Shown here piece by piece: positions 55,673 to 56,631 of a stretch of DNA of 56,631 nt. Below the pieces are notes generated by a model. It did no database searches. It was not told the origin of the DNA and worked only from the letters and a program-made list of their open reading frames with translations. The first letter of the stretch is position 1. The number at the start of each line of letters is the position of its first letter. The stretch lies in sequence record SRR22947727_1819, one strand, 5' to 3'. The position numbers and the translations under genes are program-made.

Positions 55673-56631
55673 ATGAATAAAATTAAAAAAGTGGTTTTAG
55701 CTTACTCTGGCGGATTAGATACTTCGATTATCCTAAAATGGCTACAAGAAGAAAAAGGTTATGAAGTAGTGACTTTTACTGCAGATTTGGGACAAGGAGA
55801 AGAACTTGAACCCGCAAGAAGAAAAGCTCAAGCACAAGGCGTTAAGGAGATTTTTATCGATGATTTACGTGAGGAGTTTGTAAGAGATTATGTATATCCT
55901 ATGTTCAGGGCTAACGCACTTTATGAGGGTTTATATTTGTTGGGCACATCTATAGCGAGGCCACTAATATCAAAGCGGCAAATTGAGATAGCGCACGAAG
56001 TTGGAGCGGACGCCGTTTGTCATGGCGCCACAGGCAAAGGAAACGACCAAGTACGATTTGAATTAGGCTATTATGCATTGGATCCAGAAATAAAAGTCAT
56101 TGCGCCATGGCGTGAATGGGACCTTAATTCTAGAACAAAATTAATAAACTATGCTGAAACTCATGGAATAGAAATTGCCACAGACAAAAGAGGTGAAGCG
56201 CCATTTTCTGTAGACGCTAATTTACTTCACACCTCATCTGAAGGTAAAGCATTGGAAGACCCGTCAGTTGAAGCACCTGAGTTTGTTTACCAACGAACTG
56301 TCAGTCCAGAAAATGCTCCTAATAAACCGACCTATATAGAGATTGGTTTTGAACGAGGTGATGCAGTTTCGTTAAATAATAAGCTTTTTTCGCCAGCAGA
56401 AATGCTAACGCAATTAAATCAACTCGGAGGAGGAAATGGAATTGGTCGCCTTGATTTACTTGAAAATAGGTTTGTAGGTATGAAATCGAGAGGCATCTAT
56501 GAAACACCTGGCGGAACAATACTACTTATGGCGCATCGTGGAATAGAGCAAATTACATTAGACAAAGGAGCCATGCACTTAAAGGATGAGCTCATGCCAA
56601 AATATGCAGAATTAATCTATAATGGCTATTG
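55673..56631 (+). CDS. argG: argininosuccinate synthase (3'-partial, runs off the window; absent from ORF track)
   Basis: Manual translation [24 protein letters not shown]..., [32 protein letters not shown]. Confidence 0.96.
   Translation, partial: MNKIKKVVLAYSGGLDTSIILKWLQEEKGYEVVTFTADLGQGEELEPARRKAQAQGVKEIFIDDLREEFVRDYVYPMFRANALYEGLYLLGTSIARPLISKRQIEIAHEVGADAVCHGATGKGNDQVRFELGYYALDPEIKVIAPWREWDLNSRTKLINYAETHGIEIATDKRGEAPFSVDANLLHTSSEGKALEDPSVEAPEFVYQRTVSPENAPNKPTYIEIGFERGDAVSLNNKLFSPAEMLTQLNQLGGGNGIGRLDLLENRFVGMKSRGIYETPGGTILLMAHRGIEQITLDKGAMHLKDELMPKYAELIYNGY

Overview
Low-GC, tightly packed chromosomal segment. By gene content (cpdR beside N-formylglutamate amidohydrolase and tRNA-Val, sapC, Atm1, LiuR-type fad operon) it is most likely a streamlined marine alphaproteobacterium of Caulobacterales/Maricaulales type; this taxon call is inference. 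Layout: (1) 1-1.9 kb and 12.4-20.5 kb are accessory runs of small secreted or membrane proteins, two XRE-regulator cassettes and gene remnants. (2) 1.9-12.2 kb is a GntR-controlled catabolic cluster (isochorismatase-family amidase, TonB-dependent receptor, HMG-CoA-lyase-like enzyme, two-subunit ATP-dependent hydantoinase/oxoprolinase, class III CoA-transferase) with a visible shared operator and no known substrate. (3) The core backbone has galU, an epimerase, trkH, hslO, cpdR, tRNA-Val(GAC), eda, an unusual tRNA-Arg(TCG), a blue-tuned DTE proteorhodopsin plus blh without crt genes, mrp, a fatty acyl-CoA ligase, a degenerate WecG/TagA protein, Atm1, PadR/SDR/crotonase genes, sapC, dsbD, pgi, a MerR/LiuR-regulated beta-oxidation operon, pyrF and a partial argG. 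No CRISPR array, integrase, transposase or phage genes were seen. The best novelty candidates are the cyclic-amide/imide catabolic cluster, three unrelated secreted proteins sharing an N-terminal x-x-His (ATCUN-like) motif, the proteorhodopsin locus with its promoter palindrome, and tRNA-Arg(UCG). All calls come from motif recognition by eye; no searches were run.
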